DNA of 64,000 nucleotides from Zootoca vivipara (GCF_963506605.1 NC_083288.1:45260001-45324000), one strand, 5' to 3'; positions 1-11,446 are shown, counted from the stretch's first letter. Program-made: numbers and translations. The notes: generated by a model from the sequence alone, not told the origin.

Positions 1-506
1 GGAGTACAGGGTCAGGTTTAAGGTGCTGGTTTTGACCTTTAAAGCCCTATGCGACTTGGGACCCTCGTACCTACAGGACTGCCTCTCCTGGTATGCCCCG
101 CGGAGGACCTTAAGGTCCACAAACAATAATATTCTGGAGATCCCGAGTCATAAGATGGCTAGATTGGCCTCTACTAGAGCCAGGGCCTTTTCAGTACTGG
201 CCCCAACCTGGTGGAACGCTCTTTCCCAGGAGACCAGGGCCCTGCGGGATTTGTCATCTTTCCGCAGGGCCTGCAAGACAGAGCTGTTCCGCCTGGCCTT
301 TGGGTTATACTCAGCCTGACCCCGGTGTTTTCCTCCCTCATGGCTTGGATTTAGGGACTACTTGAAATGAGGCTGCACTTTAAATTTTAATACTGTATTT
401 TAATCTGTATTTTAATTAATTGTTTTTATGTTTTATTGTAATTCTGTTGGTGTCAGCCGCCCTGAGCCCGGTTTTTGACTGGAGAGGGCGGGGTATAAAT
501 AAAAAT

Positions 507-548
<42 letters not shown>
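1..548 (+). mobile_element. L2-clade LINE 3' end with (TAT)n tail
   Basis: ORF 23..319 (FKVLVLTFKAL..LGPSYL...RAFSVLAPTWWNAL) is a typical L2 ORF2 C-terminus. It ends GGGCGGGGTATAAATAAA followed by (TAT)n at 509-548. Confidence 0.8.
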
Positions 549-549
<1 letters not shown>

Positions 550-1887
550 GGGTATTGGGTGCATATTTTCTGGCATTCGGTGGGCATTTGGTGGGAGGTA
601 ACCTTTCTTGAATTCTTTCCAATTCAAGTCACCCTTCACCTATGGGGCGACCAGTTCGAGAACACCAGGGTATGCTTTTGGTCCGACAACCAGGCAGTGG
701 TAAGATTCAAAGGCAAGTAATCGGGTCATTCGGGTGCTTCACTTGTTTATGCTTGAATGCCTCATGGCTCAGTTTCTCCTAGGCCTAAATAATGAAATGG
801 GGGGGTGCCTTATTTCGCTTCCAGATGGAGCATTTTCGAGATCTCGCACCCGAGGAGCTCAGCTTCCAGACACCTTCCCAGATGAGCTTTTGGAGACTGG
901 ACAAGAGAAATGACACGGGGAGTATTGCATTCCCTAGTGCCTTTCCCTAGTATTCTTCTTATTCATCCCTTATTCTAGGGCATGGGCAGCATTTGAGGGG
1001 TTCTGATCCCACTATGGCTTTGCTCCCAGACAGGCGGCTTCTGAAGCGGATGTATTGAAGTACATGGTTTCCCTTAGGCAGAGAGGCCTGGCCATCAGAA
1101 CCATGTCACTCTATAGGGCAGCCAGATATTATTTTTGTCACTTCCTCCAGCAACCAGACCCTTGTAATACATTTCATGTTAAGAAGCCGATCGCTGGCTG
1201 GAGGTGCTTAAACACACACCCCAGCCAGACACTAGAAAACTGATCACTTCTGACACCTTACAGCCAATATGGGGCAAGCTGCCCACGGTTGCTTGTTAAG
1301 GTACGAGGATCACCTATTCCATGCTGCCTACTACATGGCTTGCTTTGGGGCCCTACACATAGGTGAATACACTGGCGGTAATTCTTTGTCGTTGTCCCCA
1401 ATTTGGGATTACACATTAATGACATAAGCTTCACTGGGTGTGACCTGGAACTTAGAATCTGTGCCTCTAAAACAGATCAATTGCAGAGGGGCACAAACTT
1501 AATGCTGCCCCCCATCCCACTCAATGGCGCCTTCCCAGTGCATATTTGTTGATTTCTAAAAGTCTACCCTGGCTGCACGGGCCCCCTTTTCATTCCTGCT
1601 AATGCCTGTGGTCTGTCATATCACTCAATTCACTGCAGTCCTGTGGAAGGCTATTCTGGCATGTGAGGGCAACCCACAATTTTCTGGGCACTCCTTTCGC
1701 ATTGGAGCTGCAACTACCGCAGCTGCATGGGGGTGGGACCCTGCATGCATTAAGACAATGGGCCAATTGTGCTCTGCGGCTTACCGAGGCTACATCCGTT
1801 TTTGCCAGCTGCCATTTACCGCGTCCTTTTAATCCCTTGCTTTTCAGGTTCCTGGGAGCCAGAAAAGGAGGCTGCCCACAACACAGG
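549..1887 (+). mobile_element. Degenerate Ngaro/DIRS tyrosine-recombinase retrotransposon, copy 1 (truncated)
   Basis: RNase H-like GDQFENTRVCFWSDNQAVV near 645-700 and tyrosine recombinase FSGHSFRIGAATTAAAWG near 1680-1730. Many stops and frameshifts. Homology to copy 2 stops at 1887. Confidence 0.75.
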
Positions 1888-1940
1888 TAATTCCTGTTTC
1901 AGGAACTTCAGGCCAGTTTTCTGTGACCCAGAAGGACCAG

Positions 1941-2069
1941 GTTACAGGTAGGTAGCCGTGTTGGTCTGGGTCGAAGTAAAATAAAAAAATTCCTTCAGTA
2001 GCACCTTAAAAACCAACTAAGTTTTTATTTTGGTATGAGCTTTCGTGTGCATGCACACTTCTTCTGATA
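1941..2069. mobile_element. Penelope-like retroelement terminal fragment with 13-bp TSD
   Basis: Flanked by CCAGAAGGACCAG at 1928-1940 and 2070-2082. GTAGCCGTGTTGGTCT...GTAGCACCTT...GAGCTTTCGTGTGCATGCACAC resembles reptile Penelope termini. Confidence 0.7.
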
Positions 2070-2072
2070 CCA
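2031..2072 (-). ncRNA. Degenerate minimal type-I hammerhead ribozyme
   Basis: Minus strand reads UGGUAU-CAGAAGA-A-GUGUG CAUG CACAC-GAAAGCUC-AUACCA, giving stem I, stem II and a palindromic AGCU stem III. The core is CAGAAGA instead of CUGANGA. Confidence 0.6.
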
Positions 2073-2326
2073 GAAGGACCAGTTTGCTTCTGTCAAGGAG
2101 GGAGAACCTGTCCAACTCAACTGCTCTTATGAAGGAACCAAATATTGCTTGCAGTGGTACAAGCAGCAGTTGGGCAGGAGGCCCAAATTTATACACTTGA
2201 TGGTTCAGACTGGAACTGAGTTTCATGACTTCAAAATCAGCCTGGACAAAAAGAAGAAAACCACCTCCTTGTACCTGATGAACACCGGGCTGCACAATTC
2301 TGCTGTCTATTTCTGTGCTCTTGAGC

Positions 2327-2365
2327 CACAGTGCCACAAAGACACACCTGGCCTGACACAAAACC
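2327..2365 (+). promoter_or_regulatory. V(D)J recombination signal sequence (23-type RSS)
   Basis: Perfect heptamer CACAGTG at 2327-2333 directly after YFCALE, a 22-23 nt spacer, then nonamer-like ACACAAAAC/CACAAAACC at 2356-2365. Confidence 0.8.
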
Positions 2366-2446
2366 TGGAGAGGCCCTTCATGCGGGCTTTGGGGAGCAGA
2401 GGTTTTCTCAGGATCACGATCATCTTCAGCCTTCTGTATTTCAAGT

Positions 2447-2893
2447 CTTCTTCTTTTTTGGCGATCACTCGTAGCCAAGTAAGATTGTCTTCCATTAACA
2501 CGATTTTAACAATGGGTCCGTAAGTCACTGTGGACAGTGGAGGCGAATTCTGGATCCACACATCCTTCCACAGTGGGGACATTGGTTTCCAGGCGGGAGT
2601 TGATCACGGTGTGGATTTGCCAAGCGTGCCTTCCTCTCTTGCGTGTTTCTCCCTTGCGTCCTGAGATCGAATTTCTTCAAAGCCTATGACACCTTTGGTA
2701 AAGGCTGTTCTCCAACTGGAGCGCTTGCAGGCCAGTGTTTCCCAGTTGTCAATGTTTATACTACATTTTTAAAGATTTGCCTTGAGAGCATCTTTAAACC
2801 TCTTTTGTTGACCATCAACATTACGCTTTCCATTTTTAATTTCGGAATAGAGTAGTTGCTTTGGAAGATGATCACCAGGCATCTGCACAACAT
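2447..2893 (-). mobile_element. RTE-clade LINE 3' fragment
   Basis: Minus strand gives KQLLYSEL...QKRFKDALKANL...NWETLAC..SSWRTAFTKG...NQCPHCGR..GSRI. It has a short (GAA)n-like tail. Confidence 0.7.
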
Positions 2894-2929
2894 CCAACGA
2901 AGTTGATGTTGAAGAATCATTGTTTCAAC

Positions 2930-3935
2930 CAGGGGCGTTGCACCAGGGGGGGGGCACCCCTAGCTCCACTCTGTGGGGGGCAGTGAACTCTGTGAGGGCA
3001 GCACCCCCGCCGCACCTCCACCACCACCATTGAGGAGAGCTCCTGATGTTGCTGGCTGCCACTCGCCTCGCCCCTCCCAGGATCTGCCGTGGGAGCGTCC
3101 ACAGCGCGCATGCATCGCGCCGTGTGTCGTGACTGCTGTGCCCTCCTCCCTGCATGGAAAGAAAGTGGCAGCTGCTTTCTTTCCATGCAGGGAGAAGTGA
3201 CACACAGGGCTGCTATGTGCCTCCCTCCTCCCTTCTCCCTGCATAGAAAGGTTTGTCGCGGGGGTGTCCGTAGTGCACATCACTGTCACCCCCCTCCAGC
3301 CCCAGGGTGGCACCCGCCCGCGCACCGAGCGAGGCTTTCTACCTGGAATCTGGAGGCTGGAGGTTCCGTTTTGAAGTCGCGGGGGGGGGGGCGCGACCCC
3401 CCTCTACGTAGCACACATGCGCAGCTTCGTTATGCAGTAATGCATGCGTCATTATGTAGTGACGCATGCGCGCTATGGGCAATGCCCCCTCCCCATGCAC
3501 GGCAATTTGCCGCACCAGGTGACGAAGCGGCTTCCTCCACCTCTGCATCTATTACAAGGCAGCACCATACTGCAGCCCACTAGGCCCAGCCAGTTGAAGG
3601 AAGGAAGGAGACAGGGGGTTGCCACAACACAGCCTTGTTGGAAGGTTATAAGGAAGGGGCAACAGCCCACCACTGCCTTCCAATCTGATCAGCAGACAGC
3701 AGTGCAAACCACCGCCCCCCCCACAGGCTGGTTAATGTGTAGAAAGGATGGAACATGCTCATACAAACTAAATGGCGCAGACCAGATGTTCAAAACAAAA
3801 TAGTGCCGACCATGTGATCCAAACAAAAATGGTGCTGACCATGAGAAAGCAACAAAATTGGTGGCAAATGCCTGCTGCACAAGGGAAAAAACTTAGGTGT
3901 GCCCCCCCCCCCAGCATTGCGCATGTTGCACCCGC
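2930..3935. mobile_element. GC-rich non-autonomous DNA-transposon (MITE-like) remnants
   Basis: CpG-rich island with G/C runs and short palindromes in an AT-rich background. The overlapping ORFs have no recognisable domain. Confidence 0.4.
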
Positions 3936-4218
3936 ATACCGTACAAGATGCCCACAAATTGGGCTAGTGTCCCCAGCACCATAGCAAAGTGAGAGGGTGG
4001 CTGCAGTGGGGCACAGCTTAAAATAATAAAGACTCAATAATCCCAAATTAAATGGTCCTTGTTTTCCTATCCCATTCTATATTACACTTCTATTTTACTT
4101 ATTTAAACAAAGTATTATGGGGGGGGGGAAATGCAACAAAAGTATTCTGGGGGGGGAATGCATATATTTACATAAATAACATGAAAATACATTATATGAA
4201 ATATTGGATACAGAAATG

Positions 4219-4460
4219 TGTTGTTGTTGTTGTTTAGTCGTTTAGTCGTGTCCGACTCTTCGTGACCCCATGGACCATAGCATGCCAGGCACTCCTGTCT
4301 TGCACTGCCACCCGCAGTTTGGTCAAACTCATGTTCGTAGCTTCGAAAACACTGTCCAACCATCTTGTCCTCTGTCGTCCCCTTCTCCTAGTGCCCTCAA
4401 TCTTTCCCAACATCAGGGTCTTTTCCAAGGATTCTTCTCTTCTCATGAGGTGGCCAAAGT
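4219..4460 (-). mobile_element. BovB (RTE) 3' fragment
   Basis: [35 protein letters not shown]...[10 protein letters not shown] with a (CAA)n tail. Confidence 0.9.
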
Positions 4461-5107
4461 TCTCCAACTGGACTCCAACAGAAATGTGTATACTCCAACA
4501 GAAATGTGTATATCAGGATAAATGACCCCTAAAACACCGGGGGGGGATCGTGATGATTTTTTAAAAATATATGAGTATATTGCAATCTGCTTTGCAAATG
4601 AAAACTGGATTAAAGTTCAAAAGTTCAAAAGAACAATAAACTGAGAGAAATGATACCGACAGTTTCCTCCAAACAATAAACTGAGAGAAATGATACTGAC
4701 AGTTTCCTCCAAACATAACATCTCTTTGTTGAAAAACACTCCCAGGGAGAAGAAATAGAAAGAAACCACAACACATGTAATAAAACAGAAATAGATTTAT
4801 TTATTTCAACTGATAAAATGAGAAATTCTGATACAGTAATGAAGGAACCCATCACAGCTACCAATGTCCAATGAAGGCCTGAGTGGAAATAGAAAATATG
4901 CACGTGGAACATGTCAACATGACAGACAGCTGAACAAAGCATTTGGTTATATGCCCTAAAATTAAAATTGAAATGCAGCTTATACTTTGTAGAGAAATGC
5001 AGTAATAACTTTAAAACTAATGTCTATAACTAATGTTGTGTGCATGTATTTTCTCCCAACTGCCTTGCTCAAAAGACTTGAGGGTATGATGAAAGAAGAC
5101 AGATGGC

Positions 5108-8100
5108 TTAATCCTTTCTTCGTATTAATTGATCCCTGCTGTTCAGTTCAGGTCGCAGCACAATGATATAGCATTTGGGGGAAAAGATGCAACCCAGTAA
5201 CCCAGCACTGGAGGCCAAGATGGAGAAGATCTCCACAGCCACCATGTGTTTCCCTCTTGTGCTCAGGTAGGTGGGAACAAAAGAGATCCAAACACTGCAA
5301 AATGCTAACATACTGAAGGTGATGAACTGGGCTTCGTTAAAACTGTCAGGTAACTTGCGGGCCAGGAAGGCCACAATGAAACTAGTAATGGCCAAGAGGC
5401 CCATGTAGCCCAAGACACAATAGAACATGGTGACAGAGCCAACATTACATTGCACAATGGTTTCTTCAGCTACTGAATGCATGTCAAGCTCAGGGAAGGG
5501 AGGAGACATTGTCAGCCACAGAGTACAGATACCAACTTGAATGAGGGAAGCTGAAAGGACAATGGAATGAGCCAGTCTCTTTCCCACCCATTTCTTCATC
5601 TTGGATCCTGGCTTTGTGGCTATGAATGCTAGAGAAACAATGATGGTCTTTGCCAACACACAAGAAACAGCAACTGAGAAGATGATGCCGAAAGCAGGTT
5701 GTTGGAGAAGGCAGGTCACTTTGCCAGGTTGGCCGAGGAAAAGCAAAGAGGAGAGGAAGCAGAGCAGGAGGGAGACCAGGAGAGTGTAGGTGAGATCTCG
5801 GTTGTTGGCTATGACTATGGGGGTATCATTGTGCTGGATAAAAATAGCCAACACCAAAGCAGTAATTAAAGAACATAAGACACTAAGAGAGGCTAAAGTG
5901 ATCCCCAAAGGTTCTTCATAGGACAAAAAATGTATAACTTTGGGGATGCATCCATTTCTCTTCTTGTTTGGATATTGATCTTCTGGGCAATTGGAACATG
6001 CATCCATATCTGAGAAACATAAAGAAAAGCTTAAATAGAAATTCAGTTCTGGTTCAAGATAGTTCTGCCTTTTAAATTTATCCTCCTCTGCTGATCTTGT
6101 TATGTTCACTAAGTAAAAGTGGCCCAGCTCAAGCCCAGCCTGTATGTCAGTCTCTTTAAGTGGCTCTCAGGATGCAAGGGCATTACATACCAATCTGGTT
6201 TGAAATCTTCCCCTCTGGGCATGGAGTACAATCATAGCAACAAAACTTTTTCCCTTCCATTCTTTTCTTCTGGTGACCAGAGCGGCAGGGTTCATTACAC
6301 AAGGAAAAGGGAAGCACCTGTACAAAAATATGAGAGGAGTTGGGAATGGAAGTGCTTTCCTATATGCCACCCACAGGACAATCATACACTTCATCAATAT
6401 GTGAACTTTAATCATAACCTAACAGGGCAAACTCTCTGCAGGTTGGTAACTACGATCCGTACCTGGTTAAAAGTTTGGTGCCATAGAATTTTGTCCTTCT
6501 TGATGATTAACTCTTTATCTCCTCTATCACTGAGACCCACCCATCCAACTTTCACTCTCTGGAAAGACGTGTTTGGGAATGTGACCAGATTCATGATATC
6601 AAATCCTCCTCTCATTTCCCTGTTATCATTAAATGATACCATTTCTCCAGCTGAGTTGTTAAATGAAACACCTTGAAGAAATGAGTTGATCTATTTAAAA
6701 AGAAAAAGAAGAATCAAACTATCTGAGGTTCCTAAGTGAAACAGATCCTAAGGTCAAGTTACAAGATGAAATGTAAACTAGCAAAACAGTATCCATAACT
6801 AACACGCGGAATAAATGGTAGCAGCTCTCTGGTTGATCATCTCCTTTGCATGGAAAGGGCCAAGATTCAATCCCCAGAATCTTCAGGTGAAACTGGGAAT
6901 CTCATATTGTCTCAAACCCTGGACAGCAATAGCCAGACAGTGTACACAATACTGAAACATATGGATGTGAAGCCTAACTTAGTATAAAGCAGCTTCCTGT
7001 CCTTCTGCTAATCAGTCCATTGACATGAATTGATATTGATAGGTCCCAGTTTCAATTGGCAGAATCTTCCGGTAAAACTGGGAATCTCATCTTGACTCAA
7101 ACCCTGGAGAGCCAAAGCCAGCCAAAGCACTCAGGGATTTCCAAACTTGGGTCTCCAGCTGCTTATGGAGAAAAAGACCAATCATCCCTAGCTAGCAGGA
7201 CCAGTGGTCAGGGATGATGGGAATGGAAGTCTAAAAACTGCTGGAGACCCAAGTTTGTAAAGCCCTAGTGTACACAATGCTGAAACAGATAACTGAAAGG
7301 CCTAACTCAGTATAAGGAACTTCCGGTGTTCTTTTTGCTAATTGATCCATTGACATGAGTATATTTGGCTGTGTTAGATTACCTGCCGCTCACTGGAAGG
7401 ACAGATCGTGAAGATGAAGCTCCAATACTTTGGCCACCTCATGAGAAGAAAGACTCCCTGGAAAAGACCCTGGTGTTGGGAAAGATTGAGGGCACTAGGA
7501 GAAGGGGACGACAGAGGATGAGATGGTTGGACAGTGTTCTTCAAGCTATGGACATGAGTTTGACCAAGCTGCGGGAGGCAGTGGAAGACAGGAGTGCCTG
7601 ACATGCTCTGGTCCATAGAGTCTGAAAGAGTCAGACACGACTAAACAACTAAACAACAACAGCAATGCTCAGCACCTTCAATAAAGTAGGAATACCACGA
7701 TTCTTTGGGTGAAGCCATGGCTGTTTAAAGTGCTTTGATATCACTTTAAATGTATAGTGCAAATGAGGCCTACATGTCCAACATCTGATTGGACAAACTG
7801 CGGGAGGCAGTGGAAGACAGGAGTGCCTGGCGTGCTATGGTACATGGGGTCACGAAGAGTCGGACACGACTAAACGACTAAACAACAACAACAGATTACC
7901 TGCCAAGAATGCAGAGATGGAAATCCAACACTGTAACCAACAGTCATTGCTCTGTGTGGGGATCTGGATGAGGAAACGGCATGCAATGCGTGAGCTACAG
8001 CATAGGCAGCATTGTAGATACTGTAGCTCTGCCCAGTCATGTGCATTTCAAAAACACCTGCAGGGAGACTTTCCAGCCTCTCCTCTCCAGTACATGTTCC

Positions 8101-11100
8101 ATCTTCCTTGACAGGCATACTTGGAACAGAATAGGGACAGTCAAATGCCTGCTCCCAGAATTCCTTCCAAAAGCCATCTGCTTTGGTCCTGTGTCTTTGG
8201 ATGTTCTGAAGGAATTGGTTGAACTTTGGAAGCTCTTCTGAGTGAATTGTAAAGGAAAGGGAACCTTGGAACAGCTGAAAATCCAAGTTTCTCTGAAAAC
8301 CGAATGATACAAAATCTATCTGGGCTGTCATGATCCAGACCTTTCCAAATGATATGTTTTGCAGGTTTCTATCATCTAAGAAAGAGACAGCTGTTCTCAG
8401 CCATGCAATTGCCCCATCATCTCCATAAGTGATAACCGTACTGGCCTTTTCATCTCTGATACCTTCATAAATACCTTCAATTTCACCAGATATTTTTTCC
8501 ATATCTTCTAAACGAGCTTGACGTGGGATTCTTTTTGTGAATGCTGAACAGATTCCATTCTGGCTAAACAATGGCTCCACGGTCTTCAAAAAATGTTCTC
8601 CGCTGTCATATTTGGCAACAAAGAGCCCCACCCACTTCCATCTGAAATACTGAAGTAACCGGATAATCCCTACAGTTTGAAGGTCTTCATTTGGGACCAT
8701 GGTATAAAAAGACTTCTGCCTTGATTGACTCTCCTCTGAAGCAAATGAGCCATACGTGACCTAAAAGAAAATGATAGTTTAGCAGAACAGTTCCTTAAGA
8801 AATTTGTAGGCACAGTTCTAATTAGTTTTTTTTTTAAAAAAAATACTGGCTAGATTTCTAGTTATGGGGAAATCATGAAATTTTCAGGCTATTTCTCTCT
8901 CACACTATTTCACTTTTCCTTCTGAATAAAAGAATAGTAAAGTGAACTTCCCCATATTCCCCTATGCACTGATTATACCTGGGGAACCCTGTAGAGACTT
9001 AAGATATCTGCCATCTGGATCGAAGTTTCAGAAGTAAGTCCCCCAATCACAGCCATGAGGTTTTTCTGAGTTTCACATTTGTAGTTTGGGAGAAATCTTT
9101 GCCATTTGAAGAGAAGGTCCAAAGTGGTTTGATAGGTCATTCTCCCATCGAAGTAGCTGTCATAGATGTGGAAGCCAAGGGTGACGTTGGGCAAGATCTT
9201 CACATTGTCATTGATCTCTTTTATGGCAAAAACCAAGGCCAGGATGTTCTGATAGAACTTTGTGGTTACACTGTCAATAGGGAAGATATTTTAATGCACG
9301 TTCTGCCATATTCCTGTTCATAAATCTTATTCAGCCCAAATCTTTTTTATGGTAGAAGAGAGCAGTGTTATTTGCAATTCGCAGTGTATCTTTGACATAC
9401 CTGCTCTTTTCTTGATTAGTGGTTTTTTCTCCTCTGCACTTTCAACTCTAAGCATCCTAGCAGAATAAACTTATTTCACAGTATAATGAGTAATTTGGTA
9501 TTCCTTACATTAATTATGTTATTTTCATTGTCTGCAGTTTTTGGCATTTCCTTTCCCTCTGATGGCACTCCTTCATCATGCCTCTTTGCATTTACATATC
9601 TATATGTATTCCTATAAACCTGAAAATATACTATTGATGAAGACTCATCTGCTGAACATGATTTGGGGGAGGGGGGTCCAGAAAACCTTATGGAATAGAG
9701 TATTGTTAAGTCTTTAAGGTGTTGCAGGAGTCCTCTATGCTTTTGTCAATATGTTGGTTTTAGTTAGCTCTCTGTTCAGTCGTGTTCAAATATATACATA
9801 AACATAAACATATACATTTTATAATTTTCTTCTATTTGATTAACAAGGGATTTGAGGGTTGCTTGTTTCTTACCGAGGTGCCAATCTGGCACAGATGCCT
9901 GCCTCTCCACAATTTTCTTGCACTCTATCACAGTAAGCGTGGTGTGTGTGTGTGTGTGTGTGTGAACCTACTGTTGACAAAATATTTTTCTTGCTCTTTT
10001 CCTGATTTCTGGCTTTTCTCCTCTGCAATTTCAACTCTAAGCATCCTATCAAAATAAACTTATTTCACAGTACAATGAGTAATTTGGTATCCTTGCATTA
10101 ATTATGTTATTTTAATTGTCTGCAGTTTTTGACATTTCCTTTCCCTCTGATGGCACTTCTGTACCATGCCTCTCTGTGTTTATATATCTATATGTATTCC
10201 TATTATCAACCTGAAACTATGCTACTGAGGAAGTCTCATCTGCTGAACATGATTGGGGTCCACTAAAGCTTATGGAATAAAGTATTGTCAAGTCTTGAAG
10301 GTGTTTCAGGAGTCCTCTATGCTTTTGTCAATATGTTGTTTTATTTAGCTCTCTGTTCGGTTGTGTTTCAAATCAGTTCGAATATATACACATACACATA
10401 CACATACATATACATATACATATTATAATTTTATTCTATTTGATTAACACAGGATTTGAGGATTGCCTGTTTCTTACTGAGGTGCCAATCTGGCACAGAT
10501 GCCTGCCTCTCCATCATTTTCTTGCTCTCATTCACAGTAAGCAGGGGGGAAAGAACCTACTGTCGGCAGAATATTTTCTTGCTCTGCTTCACCAACCATG
10601 CTGCCTCTACTTCACATGGAGCTTGCTTTCCAAAAAGAAAATTTAATATATTCTATAATCTCAGTATAATGCAGAATATTCAGAAAGCAGTTAAGAAGGA
10701 GGACTGGCTCTGCATTGAACTATTTCATTGGGTCGCCTGGCAGAGCTCTTCCAGATTGTATGGAGCCTTTTACAGTCTGCCCAAAATAGGTGATAGAACC
10801 AACAGTAGTTCACTGTGACCTGTTTGCAAAGGCATTTTAGGGATAAAATCATGGCTTTGTGTCTGTGGAATGCTCTCCCTAGGGAAGTTTGCCTGATTAT
10901 ACACCATTATACACCTTTAGGCATGAGGCAAAAAAGTTCATTTTTAACAAGCCTTTTGCTTGATTTGATTGACCTCCTATGTCATTTTAAAATGTGGTTC
11001 TTTTGGGAGGGGGGGGGCAGGTTATCAGGTTGCTGTTTTTATTTTGATTCTATATATTGTGGATTTATATGATGATTTTGATCTGTGAACCATCTCCAAG

Positions 11101-11446
11101 TATAGGGCAGTGTATGTATGTGTATATATATAATATCTTTGAAGATATAATCTCACATGCAAAGCTGTTTGTTATTGTTCTTTGCTGATTCAGGGGGGCG
11201 TAGAATAAATAAGGGTGGGAGGGATATTCTTGCTTACTGTGGAATGTCAAACAGCTCCTGAGAAGGATGTTCCTTGAATGAAACTTCATTAAAAAGGTAG
11301 GTGCTCTGAGTAAGAATGCCACCGATGAAGAGGTCCCCTGCTTGGCCCCATTCATGGGGCACAAGGATTGGATCAGCTGCAGGGCACTTCATTGTCCTGA
11401 CTCCACACATTGTGTGAGGCAGCAGCAGCATCAAGAGCCTCACCAT
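5108..11446 (-). CDS. Vomeronasal type-2 receptor, gene A (872 aa, intact)
   Basis: Exons 11446-11238, 9270-8979, 8760-7900, 6690-6463, 6317-6191 and 6009-5108, all GT-AG, 2619 nt open. Signal peptide, VFT ([21 protein letters not shown]), Cys-rich domain ([16 protein letters not shown]) and 7TM (NTP-like [18 protein letters not shown]). Confidence 0.92.
7132..7267. mobile_element. Short palindromic MITE in intron 3 of gene A
   Basis: CCAAACTTGGGTCTCCAGC...GCTGGAGACCCAAGTTTG inverted ends. The same element sits at the same site in gene C. Confidence 0.6.
7388..7892 (+). mobile_element. Composite BovB insertion (two BovB 3' ends around an unrelated spacer) with 12-bp TSD
   Basis: BovB at 7388-7661, non-BovB at about 7662-7792, BovB at 7793-7892. 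TSD AGATTACCTGCC at 7376-7387 and 7893-7904. Confidence 0.85.
9400..10570. repeat. About 590-bp tandem duplication in intron 1 of gene A
   Basis: TTCAACTCTAAGCATCCTA at about 9441 and 10030. GAGGTGCCAATCTGGCACAGATGCCTGCCTCTCCA at about 9875 and 10479. Confidence 0.8.
10835..11110 (+). mobile_element. Internally deleted L2 remnant in intron 1 of gene A
   Basis: Reverse complement of the two ends of the longer L2 in gene D intron 1. About 1.5 kb of the middle is missing. Confidence 0.65.

Larger units (their letters stand above)
1903..2326 (+). pseudogene. T-cell receptor alpha/delta-type variable gene segment (V exon), interrupted by an insertion
   Basis: Acceptor TTCCTGTTTCAG at 1891-1902. 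With insert 1941-2069 and one TSD removed, it reads GTSGQFSVTQKDQFASVKEGEPVQLNCSYEGTKYCLQWYKQQLGRRPKFI...ISLDKKKKTTSLYLMNTGLHNSAVYFCALE, with both Cys, WYKQ and YFCAL. An RSS follows. Confidence 0.85.

Noticed and set aside
416-639. Poly-Asn, poly-Leu and poly-Ile ORFs
   Set aside because: These are translations of the (TAT)n L2 tail.
2327-2523. Hydrophobic tail of ORF 2149..2523 suggesting a membrane-anchored Ig protein
   Set aside because: It is read-through across the RSS into flank and antisense RTE tail. There is no leader and the V exon is disrupted upstream.
2917-4046. Dense overlapping ORFs on both strands
   Set aside because: Stop-poor GC-rich transposon remnants with no domain signature.
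4631-4716. 41-bp tandem duplication downstream of gene A
   Set aside because: Ordinary local slippage with no functional signal.
5601-5789. Antisense [16 protein letters not shown]... recurring in each exon 6, and similar antisense ORFs in exons 2-4
   Set aside because: The recurrence simply mirrors conservation of the sense V2R exons.
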